Positions 18,381 through 26,633 of a stretch of 64,000 nucleotides of DNA are shown piece after piece (position 1 is the stretch's first letter; each line of letters begins with the position of its first letter). The stretch is from an uncultured Gammaproteobacteria bacterium (lineage in GTDB: Bacteria; Patescibacteriota; Microgenomatia; Levybacterales; UBA12049). The stretch spans positions 705,016 through 769,015 of the forward strand of contig CAZFRF010000001.1 of assembly GCA_964521295.1 (NCBI GenBank), in the 5' to 3' direction. Made by a program: the position numbers and the translations under genes. The notes beneath the pieces were generated by a model. That model saw nothing but the letters and a program-made list of their open reading frames with translations. It was not told the DNA's origin and did no database searches.

Positions 18381-19739
18381 TTAACTTGTGAATCTGAATC
18401 CCCTGCCTTTGATTGTTTGGATTAGTTTAGGCTCATTTGGATTATCTTCAATTTTTTTTCTAAGTCGGAAGATTAATTGATCTACGGCTTGATCTGTGAC
18501 TCCTAAAACTGTTTTTTGATCTCCCCAAACAGCGCTAATTACGTCTTCTTTTGTGACAAGAGTGTCTTTTTGGGTAATTAGGAATTTTAGTAATTTATAT
18601 TCTAAACTGGTTAGGAGTTCAGAAATGATGGTCTCGCCTTTTAATATTTCTCCTCTTTCATTTAAATTAATTTTGGTAAGTTCTGGGGGAATAGATTTAT
18701 CTTTAATATAATCAGCAAGTAGAGAAATGGTTAATAAATTATTTTTAACCAATCCTACGCTTTCTAGGTATTCAGCATTGTCTATTTTCCCTTTCATGAT
18801 CATAATTTGCTCTGATGGAGAGAGAAAGTTCCAGATTGCAAACAATGCACTTCTTATTGGTTTTTGTTCAATTAAATATTTTCTAAGTTCTAGTTTATTT
18901 TTAAAATTTTGTCCAGAGGAGAGGAGGGTCTCTGCGGAAAGGCGCATTAGATTACTGTGTCCTCCTGTTAGCTCGAAAACATTTTCTCTAAGTTCCTGAT
19001 CTATTTTTTTACCTGTAATTTTTTCTAAATATTCTAATCTAAAATTAATTCCAATTTCATTATAAATAGGTAGGTAAATAATTTTTCCGGCAACAAAATC
19101 ATAAAAATCTGCAAATAAAGTGGGTTCTAGAATTTCTTCGAGTGGACGGTTTAAGCTAAAAACTGCAGAAAACTTATACTTAGCTCTATTTCTGAGAATT
19201 CTTAAATTTGCAAAAAATTCGCTATCTAATACGCTGATATAATCTTCAAACCTATCAAAAAGCAAAACAATTGTTAGTCCCTTTTCTAGGGCTAAATAAT
19301 CTATTGCCTTTTTTAATCCAGCAAAGATAACTAAATCATCCTTAATCTGCATAGACTCCTTAAAAATTTTATTAATTTCTTCATAATCTTTTTGCATTTG
19401 CCTTTCTCTTAGCGAATCGATAATTCCTAGAAATATAAATTTAGTTGTTTCAGCAAGGGGCTTTTTGCGAATTTCAGAAAAATTTAAATAGACAAAATGG
19501 AAAAGCTTGTTGTCTTCATCCAAATGTTTTACGCGAACATTTTTGTTGTAGGACAAAAGTCCTAAAATATTAGATCTCCCAACTCCAGGAAGGGAAACAA
19601 TTTGACAAGAATTCCCTTCTTTTATGTAGTTTAGTATTTTTTCTATTTCTTGATCTCTTGTTCCATCTGGATAGAGGGCTTCAAAGTGTTGATCCATAAG
19701 TTTATTGTAATTTTTTTGTAAGGCAAATATCAAGCTCAA
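18381..19739 (-). CDS. Transcriptional regulator with an N-terminal ATPase-like domain and a C-terminal OmpR/PhoB-type winged helix
   Basis: C-terminus ...VWGDQKTVLGVTDQAVDQLIFRLRKKIE...IQTIKGRGFRF is the Trans_reg_C signature. A degenerate P-loop-like SLPGVGRSN lies near the N-terminus. Confidence 0.5.
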   Translation of the reverse strand: MSLIFALQKNYNKLMDQHFEALYPDGTRDQEIEKILNYIKEGNSCQIVSLPGVGRSNILGLLSYNKNVRVKHLDEDNKLFHFVYLNFSEIRKKPLAETTKFIFLGIIDSLRERQMQKDYEEINKIFKESMQIKDDLVIFAGLKKAIDYLALEKGLTIVLLFDRFEDYISVLDSEFFANLRILRNRAKYKFSAVFSLNRPLEEILEPTLFADFYDFVAGKIIYLPIYNEIGINFRLEYLEKITGKKIDQELRENVFELTGGHSNLMRLSAETLLSSGQNFKNKLELRKYLIEQKPIRSALFAIWNFLSPSEQIMIMKGKIDNAEYLESVGLVKNNLLTISLLADYIKDKSIPPELTKINLNERGEILKGETIISELLTSLEYKLLKFLITQKDTLVTKEDVISAVWGDQKTVLGVTDQAVDQLIFRLRKKIEDNPNEPKLIQTIKGRGFRFTS

Positions 19740-19769
19740 AAGGCATTTTAGGCTTAAACTGCAAGTGTT

Positions 19770-22700
19770 ATGAGAGTAGAGATATATAGAAGATTAAATC
19801 AAGCTAATCCAGAATTGACAATAGGCTCAGTTAAACCTAAACTGGAATCAGGAGATATTTTTATGGCAAAAGTAGATGGTGGTGGAGAGCAGCCAGGTCA
19901 AATTCCAGAGAAAAAAATAACACAAGAAATTGTTCCTCCTCAGGGTAGAGTTGGAAGGGCAAGGCGGGCATTGAGTTCTCGAGCAGAGCCTCCTCGAATT
20001 GCCCATGCATTGCTGGATGATCCATCAGAGCCAATTGTGCCCCCCGTCGCTCCCTTGTCTAGTCCAGATATTCCCGTAATTCCCGACGAAGCTCCAGGGG
20101 TTCCAGAGCATGGAGCCCCTATCCCAGCAGCTCCCGAAGAGGGATCTATTCCAGAGCAAATAAGGTTAGCTTGGGAATCGGCAGTACCAATTTCTGATCA
20201 AGCATCTGAGACCGAAAGAAAAGTAAGAGATGTAATTATAGAGGCGGCAGTGCTAAGAGGGTTTAGTCCCGTGGATCAAGCGGAGACTGTCAGAAGATTA
20301 AAAAGTTATTTAAGAACTAAGCAGACAGGAAGAGAGGCGGGTTTTGATGAGATTCCAGAAAATGAAGAGAGAATAACTAAAGAAGTACTTAAGGAAATAA
20401 TCAAAGTTATGACGAGTGGATTTAGCTTTACCGAAGAGGAGCTCGATGCTTACTCCGGTATGATAGAAAGTCTTGATACTAATGCCCCTGATTATGTAGA
20501 GAGAGCAAAAAAAATAATTCAAGTAATCCATTCTAAGCAAGAAGAATACGCAATTGATGAAGATACTAATTTGAACGAGGAGCAGGGAGAGGAAGGTTTT
20601 TATGAAGAGTCTGCAGAGGGACGATCTCAAATTGAGGGTGAAGAGCGGGTCTCACTTTTCGATGGTGTTTATAGAGCTCTGGATGCGTTAGAGGATGCTC
20701 CAGATGATGCAACGAGAGAGAGTATGGAGAGAGGAATACGCAGGGCTTTAGCTACGGACTTAACGGTTAATGGCGCATTAATTGAATCTTCTGCAGTCAG
20801 GCCCGGGGAAGGTGTAAGGTTAAGGAATGGAAGATGGGTTCATCCAGAAGATTACGAAAGATATAGGGCAACTTGGGCAAGTATAACAGCAGATCCGAAC
20901 CTTGATTCTATGCGCGCAAGGGCAAAGAAATTTATTAATGAACTAGAATTCAAGCTAGACGAGAGGGGTCGAGAGGTTGCCGGAGACAGAATTCAAAACG
21001 TTCAAGATCTTGCAAAATTTATTGTTACAAAACAAAATGCTGAAATATATGGAGTAGGTAAGAGGTTTGAGCTTGTAGATTCTGAAGGAAATTTTCATCC
21101 AGAAAACTTTTTAATTTGGCTTAGGGAACAATCAATTGCAATTCATAACGATAACAAGAATGATCAGCTTAGTCCATTGACATCTGTAGTTATTGAAACC
21201 ACATTCAGAACCATTTCTATTTATATGATGACACGTTTTAGAGAGCAGTATTTTAGAGATAAAAAAAGCGGCGAGGTTATGCATGATCTCGCAAATAGGG
21301 TTCTGATGGAGGCTTTTATGTTTGGAGTTTTCAGAAATTCAGATATTGCATATAGGTCAGTTATGGGTGAGGACAAAAGATTACCTGAGGCTTTGCCGCA
21401 AATTCATTCCAGAAATGATTTGACCAGTTCAGACAATTGGCAATATATGCTAAATGCTCCAGCTGAATTTGGCACTGAACATGATATGCGAGTTGGCGAA
21501 GCTGTAATGTTTTGTAACGATTTTTATTACAACATTTCAGATAAAGAGGAATTAATTAAGCTATTGGGCGACCGCCCGATTACAAGGCAAGATTTTGAAG
21601 ATGCTTTATTGCTACTTAGCGGTAAACATGAATGGGAACGAGACCAAATTAAATTTGATGCTCATTTTGATCCTGAGGATCCAAATGGACCTTTTTATCT
21701 AAACGATGATAAACAAAGAGTTTATTTCTTTATGGACTCTAATGGACAAATGCAAGACACTGTAAATATTGATGCTTTTATTGATGGGTTAAATACCTTC
21801 AATATGGCAACGCCTAAGACTAGCACGGTAAATTTATTAAGGGAAATTGTAAGAGTTAAAGCGGCTCAGAAGTATGGGTTAAACGATGGAATAGCTAGGG
21901 GAGAAAAAGCAGAAGAGAAAAAAAGACAGTATGACGAGGCAGTTGCGCGTCATAAAGTCATTCTGAGAAGAATTACTCGAGATGGTCAAGAACTGAGTCA
22001 AGCTGAAATTGATAGAAGAGCAAAAGATAGGGCAAACTCAGAATTTAAAAAGGAACAGAGCGCAGACAGAACAAATCTTGAATATGCTGAAACAACCTCT
22101 TGGATTTTTCAAAGACCCTATGGAATTGCAGCTAGAAACGATACTTTACGAAGGGGCTTTGATGCAGCGACGAAATTATATTTATATGACTATATTCTTA
22201 GGCAATCAAAAGAAGGAACTGGTGGTCCGATAGGTATTCCAGAAATGATGGGAATCTTTAGGCTTTTGAGCCCAGATCTAGTAGAGGGTTTACTTACTGA
22301 GTCAGGGGTTAGTCCAAGACAGTTAATGCTTCAAATTAGAGAGGTAGATTTGATGCCAGGAGGTACCCCAGAGCAAGAAGCTGAGAAAGCTAAGAAAAAA
22401 GCAGAAATATTGTCACATTTAAGATTTGCTGAAAGAGCTGAGATGGATTTCACATCAAACCAGCAATCTAGAGGATTTCAAATATACCATTCCTTCACGG
22501 AAGGAGATGATCTTGATTTACACGATGTTATAACCCATAGCTTCTGGGAAGGAATAAAAGTAAAACTGAGTAAGGCCGAAGAGGTTGTAAAAGATAAATG
22601 GATGAAGCCTGTGAGATATTTGCTTTCTTCAAATAATGCTTTGAATTTTGCTGCAAAAGCAAGAATGCTAGATTTTGTTAAAACGGGTAAATTAAAGCCT

Positions 22701-23303
22701 GCAGCAGCTCCAGAGGCTATTGTTCAAGAAAGAAATGCTTTAAATCAGCAAAGAGTGAAGGAAGGTAAGGCTACATTGCCACAGGTGGCAATGCCCAAGC
22801 CTGCTCCTATATATTCTACGGTTACTCTTGCTGAAAAAATGCTGAGTCCGGATGTTACAGACAGGGATTATATATCAGATGACGGTAAGGTAATAAAGAT
22901 TAGGGAGGCTTTAATGGACCCGGCAAAATATGAGCAAAATAGAGCCAATGTTAGAAAGGCATTAGCAAAAAATGCCATTACAACAAGAATAGCATTCGTT
23001 TTGAAATTTCATAGAGAATTGTATGGATTAGGAGAAAGATGGGGCTATGAAAGAGTTCAGGCGCTTTACCATTATCTTCACAGAATAAGAGAATGGGAGC
23101 CAGTTGAGGGTAAGCCAGGTCGGGTAAAGGAAAATCCCGAAAAGGGTTTTTTCTCTCACCATGATCTAGAATGGATGAGAGGGCTTAGTAATACTAAAGA
23201 GTATAATATGATCATGGAAGAGCTTGGTAAGCAAGGTGGCGTAGCAGCTCTTGGCGCAGGAAAAGATGCATTGTCAGCGTTTATACAAGCTATATTAAAA
23301 TAA
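19770..23303 (+). CDS. Large (1177 aa) acidic hydrophilic protein with a proline-rich N-terminal region and no TM or recognisable catalytic motif. Hypothetical, possibly a T4SS substrate.
   Basis: Long uninterrupted ORF. PxxP-rich tract near residues 60-130. No Walker motifs and no His-triad relaxase motif were seen. Local GC is above the window average. Confidence 0.4.
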   Translation: MRVEIYRRLNQANPELTIGSVKPKLESGDIFMAKVDGGGEQPGQIPEKKITQEIVPPQGRVGRARRALSSRAEPPRIAHALLDDPSEPIVPPVAPLSSPDIPVIPDEAPGVPEHGAPIPAAPEEGSIPEQIRLAWESAVPISDQASETERKVRDVIIEAAVLRGFSPVDQAETVRRLKSYLRTKQTGREAGFDEIPENEERITKEVLKEIIKVMTSGFSFTEEELDAYSGMIESLDTNAPDYVERAKKIIQVIHSKQEEYAIDEDTNLNEEQGEEGFYEESAEGRSQIEGEERVSLFDGVYRALDALEDAPDDATRESMERGIRRALATDLTVNGALIESSAVRPGEGVRLRNGRWVHPEDYERYRATWASITADPNLDSMRARAKKFINELEFKLDERGREVAGDRIQNVQDLAKFIVTKQNAEIYGVGKRFELVDSEGNFHPENFLIWLREQSIAIHNDNKNDQLSPLTSVVIETTFRTISIYMMTRFREQYFRDKKSGEVMHDLANRVLMEAFMFGVFRNSDIAYRSVMGEDKRLPEALPQIHSRNDLTSSDNWQYMLNAPAEFGTEHDMRVGEAVMFCNDFYYNISDKEELIKLLGDRPITRQDFEDALLLLSGKHEWERDQIKFDAHFDPEDPNGPFYLNDDKQRVYFFMDSNGQMQDTVNIDAFIDGLNTFNMATPKTSTVNLLREIVRVKAAQKYGLNDGIARGEKAEEKKRQYDEAVARHKVILRRITRDGQELSQAEIDRRAKDRANSEFKKEQSADRTNLEYAETTSWIFQRPYGIAARNDTLRRGFDAATKLYLYDYILRQSKEGTGGPIGIPEMMGIFRLLSPDLVEGLLTESGVSPRQLMLQIREVDLMPGGTPEQEAEKAKKKAEILSHLRFAERAEMDFTSNQQSRGFQIYHSFTEGDDLDLHDVITHSFWEGIKVKLSKAEEVVKDKWMKPVRYLLSSNNALNFAAKARMLDFVKTGKLKPAAAPEAIVQERNALNQQRVKEGKATLPQVAMPKPAPIYSTVTLAEKMLSPDVTDRDYISDDGKVIKIREALMDPAKYEQNRANVRKALAKNAITTRIAFVLKFHRELYGLGERWGYERVQALYHYLHRIREWEPVEGKPGRVKENPEKGFFSHHDLEWMRGLSNTKEYNMIMEELGKQGGVAALGAGKDALSAFIQAILK

Positions 23304-23308
23304 AGCTT

Positions 23309-25150
23309 TTATGAATGAGGCGGTGGTGGAGGAGTTCCTCCAGTATTTCCGGGATTTTGTGGATTATTATCTTCGTCTTGAGCATTATCTATGCCTAGTT
23401 TAGTTCTTATCTGTTTTCTTCTTCGATTTGCCGCATCGTCAACTCTTTCCCTAAACTGTCCAAAGCGAAGACCCACTCTGCTTTCAGCAAATTTATTAGA
23501 AATAACTGCTCTACCAATCTTTGCTTCTCCTCTTCTATTTTCGCCAAAGATTTCATGATTTATTCTTCTAATAGGAGCGGCAATTATTCCAGTTGCAGGG
23601 CCTAGTGCTCCTCCTAAGCCAAAGCCAGTCTTGGGAGCCTTAATTGCAGATTTAATCATCTTAGCTGCTTCAGGAGTCATGAAGAGTAGCCCGAGGCTTG
23701 TAATTGCTCCTAAAAATCCTGGCGCAAGACTATTGCCTAATAAGGGTGGGGTAAATGAACCATTTGGAGCAGCGTTGCTTGGGCCCGCGGACATAGCTGC
23801 TCCAATTACGTTTGCGAGCAGAATCATTCCATATACTGTTGGAAATACTGCTAAATTAGCAACTACGTCTTTTAGCCATGGGCCAAAGCCTAAAGATGAA
23901 TTTCCTGGAATTAAGGCTCCGATTATCCAAATTGGAGCAAAGACTACGTCAAGTAAAAGAGAAACATAAGAACGAAGTAGCATCAGTAGGATTCTAAAGA
24001 GTGTAATTAAGACACCTACGATAACAATGAGCCATATTATTAAGAATGGCAAAATATCTGTAAAAAAGAAATGAATTCCTAAAAATGCTCCAGTTGATTC
24101 TATTGCTGTTTGTCCTGTGCAAAGAAGTCCCCCTACAAATGGGACTCCTGATCCTGCGCAGGGTATTAGTGAGGAAAATTTGAGAGCTCCATATATGCTT
24201 GCAACGTTATACAACATGTCAACAACGCTAAAATTAATCCAGTCCCCGACTCCAAAATTAAAAGCTTTTCCTATCATGTCCATGATACTTCCTGCTCCAC
24301 CAGTAAGTCCGGAATGAGAGCTTGGTCCGATCAGTATTGCATTGAGGCTATCTTTTCCGGCAACGGCAATATTGTTAACTATTCCAAAGATATTTAAATT
24401 ACCAGCAGCATTAAGAATCGTTTGCCCTTCGATGCTAGCTGGAGAAAGGCTTGTATTTAATCCTGGAAGTCCTGAGAAAAGACTATAGATTAAATACATA
24501 GAGAAAAACATTAAATCAATCAAAAGGCCAACTATTGCAAACGAAAAGGTGATAAGAATGAGTGCAATTATTATTTTAGGAATTTGATTTTGAATTCCCA
24601 TGACTGTTCGGGGATCAATCCTTGCTCTTAACATGATTCCTACGCCAATTAATATAAAAGCAATAACAAAAATAAGATAAGTTAAATTTCTAAAAATTGT
24701 CCAAATATTAATAAGCGGAGATAGGGCTTTAAAGCCTATTCCTTGCGCATAGCTTGGCTTCGCAACTCCAAAGCTTTGAGTTGCATAGGAGATAAAATCT
24801 GAAGTATGTACTGGAGGAGTAAATAGCATTCCGATTCCTTGAATGGTCAATCCCAATGCTCCTCCGCCTTTTTCCGTATAGCCAATTTTATTTGTTTTTG
24901 GATTGATACCCAAACACCCTTGTTTTGGATTAATAGGATCGATTCCTGATAGTTGACATATAAATGCTGACATGGTTTCGATTAGGGCACTTTGTGTATA
25001 GTTATGAAGATTTTTAGATACATTCGCATCTGTATCTGGGGCTAAATAATTGTTTGACTGAGTTGTCTCTTGCGCAAATGAAGGCTTTAAAAAGCTAAAA
25101 ATTAAGACAAATGCAAAAAAAACTGCAAGGATTCGAGCAGGAAATTTCAT
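23309..25150 (-). CDS. Polytopic membrane protein, VirB6/TrbL-like T4SS channel component candidate
   Basis: Signal peptide, at least 8 TM helices, a Gly-rich periplasmic loop and a hydrophilic proline-rich C-terminal tail (TPPPPPHS). This is the architecture of the TrbL/VirB6 family. Confidence 0.4.
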   Translation of the reverse strand: MKFPARILAVFFAFVLIFSFLKPSFAQETTQSNNYLAPDTDANVSKNLHNYTQSALIETMSAFICQLSGIDPINPKQGCLGINPKTNKIGYTEKGGGALGLTIQGIGMLFTPPVHTSDFISYATQSFGVAKPSYAQGIGFKALSPLINIWTIFRNLTYLIFVIAFILIGVGIMLRARIDPRTVMGIQNQIPKIIIALILITFSFAIVGLLIDLMFFSMYLIYSLFSGLPGLNTSLSPASIEGQTILNAAGNLNIFGIVNNIAVAGKDSLNAILIGPSSHSGLTGGAGSIMDMIGKAFNFGVGDWINFSVVDMLYNVASIYGALKFSSLIPCAGSGVPFVGGLLCTGQTAIESTGAFLGIHFFFTDILPFLIIWLIVIVGVLITLFRILLMLLRSYVSLLLDVVFAPIWIIGALIPGNSSLGFGPWLKDVVANLAVFPTVYGMILLANVIGAAMSAGPSNAAPNGSFTPPLLGNSLAPGFLGAITSLGLLFMTPEAAKMIKSAIKAPKTGFGLGGALGPATGIIAAPIRRINHEIFGENRRGEAKIGRAVISNKFAESRVGLRFGQFRERVDDAANRRRKQIRTKLGIDNAQDEDNNPQNPGNTGGTPPPPPHS

Positions 25151-25228
25151 ACAATACCAGTTTCTATTATTTTGGAATTGATGTCAAGTTTGTTAAAACC
25201 TCTAAATTGAAGTAAAATAGCCTTAGAA

Positions 25229-25301
25229 GTGCCCGTAGTTCAACGGATAGAACACCTGGTTGCGGTCCAGGCGGTTGGAGGTTCAATTCCTCTCGGGCAT
25301 A
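25229..25301 (+). tRNA. tRNA-Arg, anticodon GCG
   Basis: Hand-folded cloverleaf: acceptor GTGCCCG/CGGGCAT, D stem GTTC/GAAC, anticodon stem CCTGG/CCAGG, loop TTGCGGT, T arm GGAGG-TTCAATT-CCTCT. Confidence 0.6.
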
Positions 25302-25302
25302 C

Positions 25303-25386
25303 GGAGGGTTCGCATAGTGGCCAATTGCACGAGTTTCGAAAACTCGAGGACTTAGTCCTCCGCAGGTTCGAATCCTGCACCCTCCG
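25303..25386 (+). tRNA. tRNA-Ser, anticodon CGA (class II, long variable arm)
   Basis: Acceptor GGAGGGT/ACCCTCC, anticodon stem-loop CGAGT-TTCGAAA-ACTCG, T arm GCAGG-TTCGAAT-CCTGC, discriminator G. Confidence 0.65.
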
Positions 25387-25395
25387 CTTTTACTT

Positions 25396-25833
25396 ATGCT
25401 ACAGACAAAACAAATGAAAATTCAAATTAGCGCTGGTGGGGTGGTATATAAAAGAGAAAAAGGTGATTTGTATATTTTAGTTTCCCAACATTCTGGTCAT
25501 CATGGTTGGGTTTTTCCCAAGGGTTTAATAGGGGACAAAGTTGAAAACGAAGATAAGGAGACAACAGCTTTAAGGGAAGTTAGGGAAGAGACTGGTGTTA
25601 ATGGAAAAATTATTCAACCTTTAAAACCAGTAGTTTTTTGGTTTGTAATGGATGGGGTAAAAATTAAAAAAACAGTCCATTACTTTCTAATGGAATATGT
25701 CTCGGGAGAAATTACAGATCATGACTGGGAAATGGAAAATGTAGAATGGCTAGAAGAGTCAAAAATATTAGAGCGCTTAACTTATCCTTCAGATAAAAAA
25801 GTTTGGCTGGAGGCACAAAAACTCCTTAGTTAA
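25396..25833 (+). CDS. NUDIX hydrolase
   Basis: Nudix box G...ETTALREVREETGV. Confidence 0.75.
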   Translation: MLQTKQMKIQISAGGVVYKREKGDLYILVSQHSGHHGWVFPKGLIGDKVENEDKETTALREVREETGVNGKIIQPLKPVVFWFVMDGVKIKKTVHYFLMEYVSGEITDHDWEMENVEWLEESKILERLTYPSDKKVWLEAQKLLS

Positions 25834-25851
25834 TGTTATAATACTTCTCGT

Positions 25852-25941
25852 GGAGAGATCGCATAGTGGCCTAGTGCGTTCGCTTGGAAAGCGGATGTTG
25901 TCGTGAGACAACCGGGAGTTCGAATCTCCCTCTCTCCGCCA
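25852..25941 (+). tRNA. tRNA-Ser, anticodon GGA, with encoded CCA
   Basis: Acceptor GGAGAGA/TCTCTCC, anticodon loop TTGGAAA, long variable arm, T arm GGGAG-TTCGAAT-CTCCC, G73 then CCA. Confidence 0.65.
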
Positions 25942-25942
25942 A

Positions 25943-26458
25943 TTATTTTTCCATCGGAAAATTTCTTGATAACCAATCTGCAGATTTTTCTACAAATGTC
26001 GGTTTAATAACTTCCCTAAAGGGTAAAAATTGAATTATGGCTTTTTTGACATTTTCTTTATCTAGTGGGTTTAATGTTAAAATTATTTCTCCAGGGAAAA
26101 AATCCTCTGTTCGTATATGAACAGTCTCGACTCCATCAGTTTTTTTAAAGTAAAAATCATACAGCTCTTTCCATAAGAAGAATCTATCTTCGATCATTAT
26201 TCCTTCAGAGCTAATTTTATAATGAAAATCCTTAGGAGGAACAATGGTTAAGGCAAAAGAGACAAAGACAAGAGAAATAACTACGACCATGAGCATATAT
26301 TGAGAAAAAAGAAACAGAATGAGTTCAACAAAGACCATTAGAAGAAGTGCTGTTAAAAAATATTGCTTAGTTCTTTTTTTATATGGTCTGCCTGCAGAAT
26401 GCCATTCAAAAAGAGTAACTACGTCATGAATATTGTTGTTATTTTCTTCGTGGGGCAT
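25943..26458 (-). CDS. Hypothetical two-TM membrane protein
   Basis: 171 aa with two adjacent hydrophobic helices. No motif recognised. Confidence 0.3.
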   Translation of the reverse strand: MPHEENNNNIHDVVTLFEWHSAGRPYKKRTKQYFLTALLLMVFVELILFLFSQYMLMVVVISLVFVSFALTIVPPKDFHYKISSEGIMIEDRFFLWKELYDFYFKKTDGVETVHIRTEDFFPGEIILTLNPLDKENVKKAIIQFLPFREVIKPTFVEKSADWLSRNFPMEK

Positions 26459-26496
26459 AAATTAACTCTACGAGATTTTGGGGTTTTAGTCAAATG

Positions 26497-26584
26497 CGGA
26501 GAGGGCGAGATTCGAACTCGCGAAGAGCAAAAAACTCTTAGCGGTTTTCAAGACCGCCGCACTAGTCCACTATGCGACCTCTCC
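26497..26584 (-). tRNA. tRNA-Ser, anticodon TGA
   Basis: Reverse complement folds as acceptor GGAGAGG/CCTCTCC, anticodon stem-loop GCGGT-CTTGAAA-ACCGC, long variable arm, T arm GCGAG-TTCGAAT-CTCGC. Confidence 0.6.
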
Positions 26585-26633
26585 GTAAGTGTAATTATAA
26601 TTGAATTTAAGGCTAATTACTAGTTTTAGAAGG

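Noticed and set aside
19770-23303. Possibility that the 1177-aa protein is the missing relaxase or coupling protein
   Set aside because: Visual scan found no Walker A/B motifs, no N-terminal catalytic Tyr context and no HxH or His-triad relaxase motif. It is left as hypothetical.
25229-25417. 62-aa plus-strand ORF from the track
   Set aside because: It lies entirely over the tRNA-Arg and tRNA-Ser(CGA) genes. tRNA folding explains the sequence.
26363-26623. 86-aa plus-strand ORF
   Set aside because: It overlaps the minus-strand tRNA-Ser(TGA) and the end of a membrane protein gene. No coding signal.
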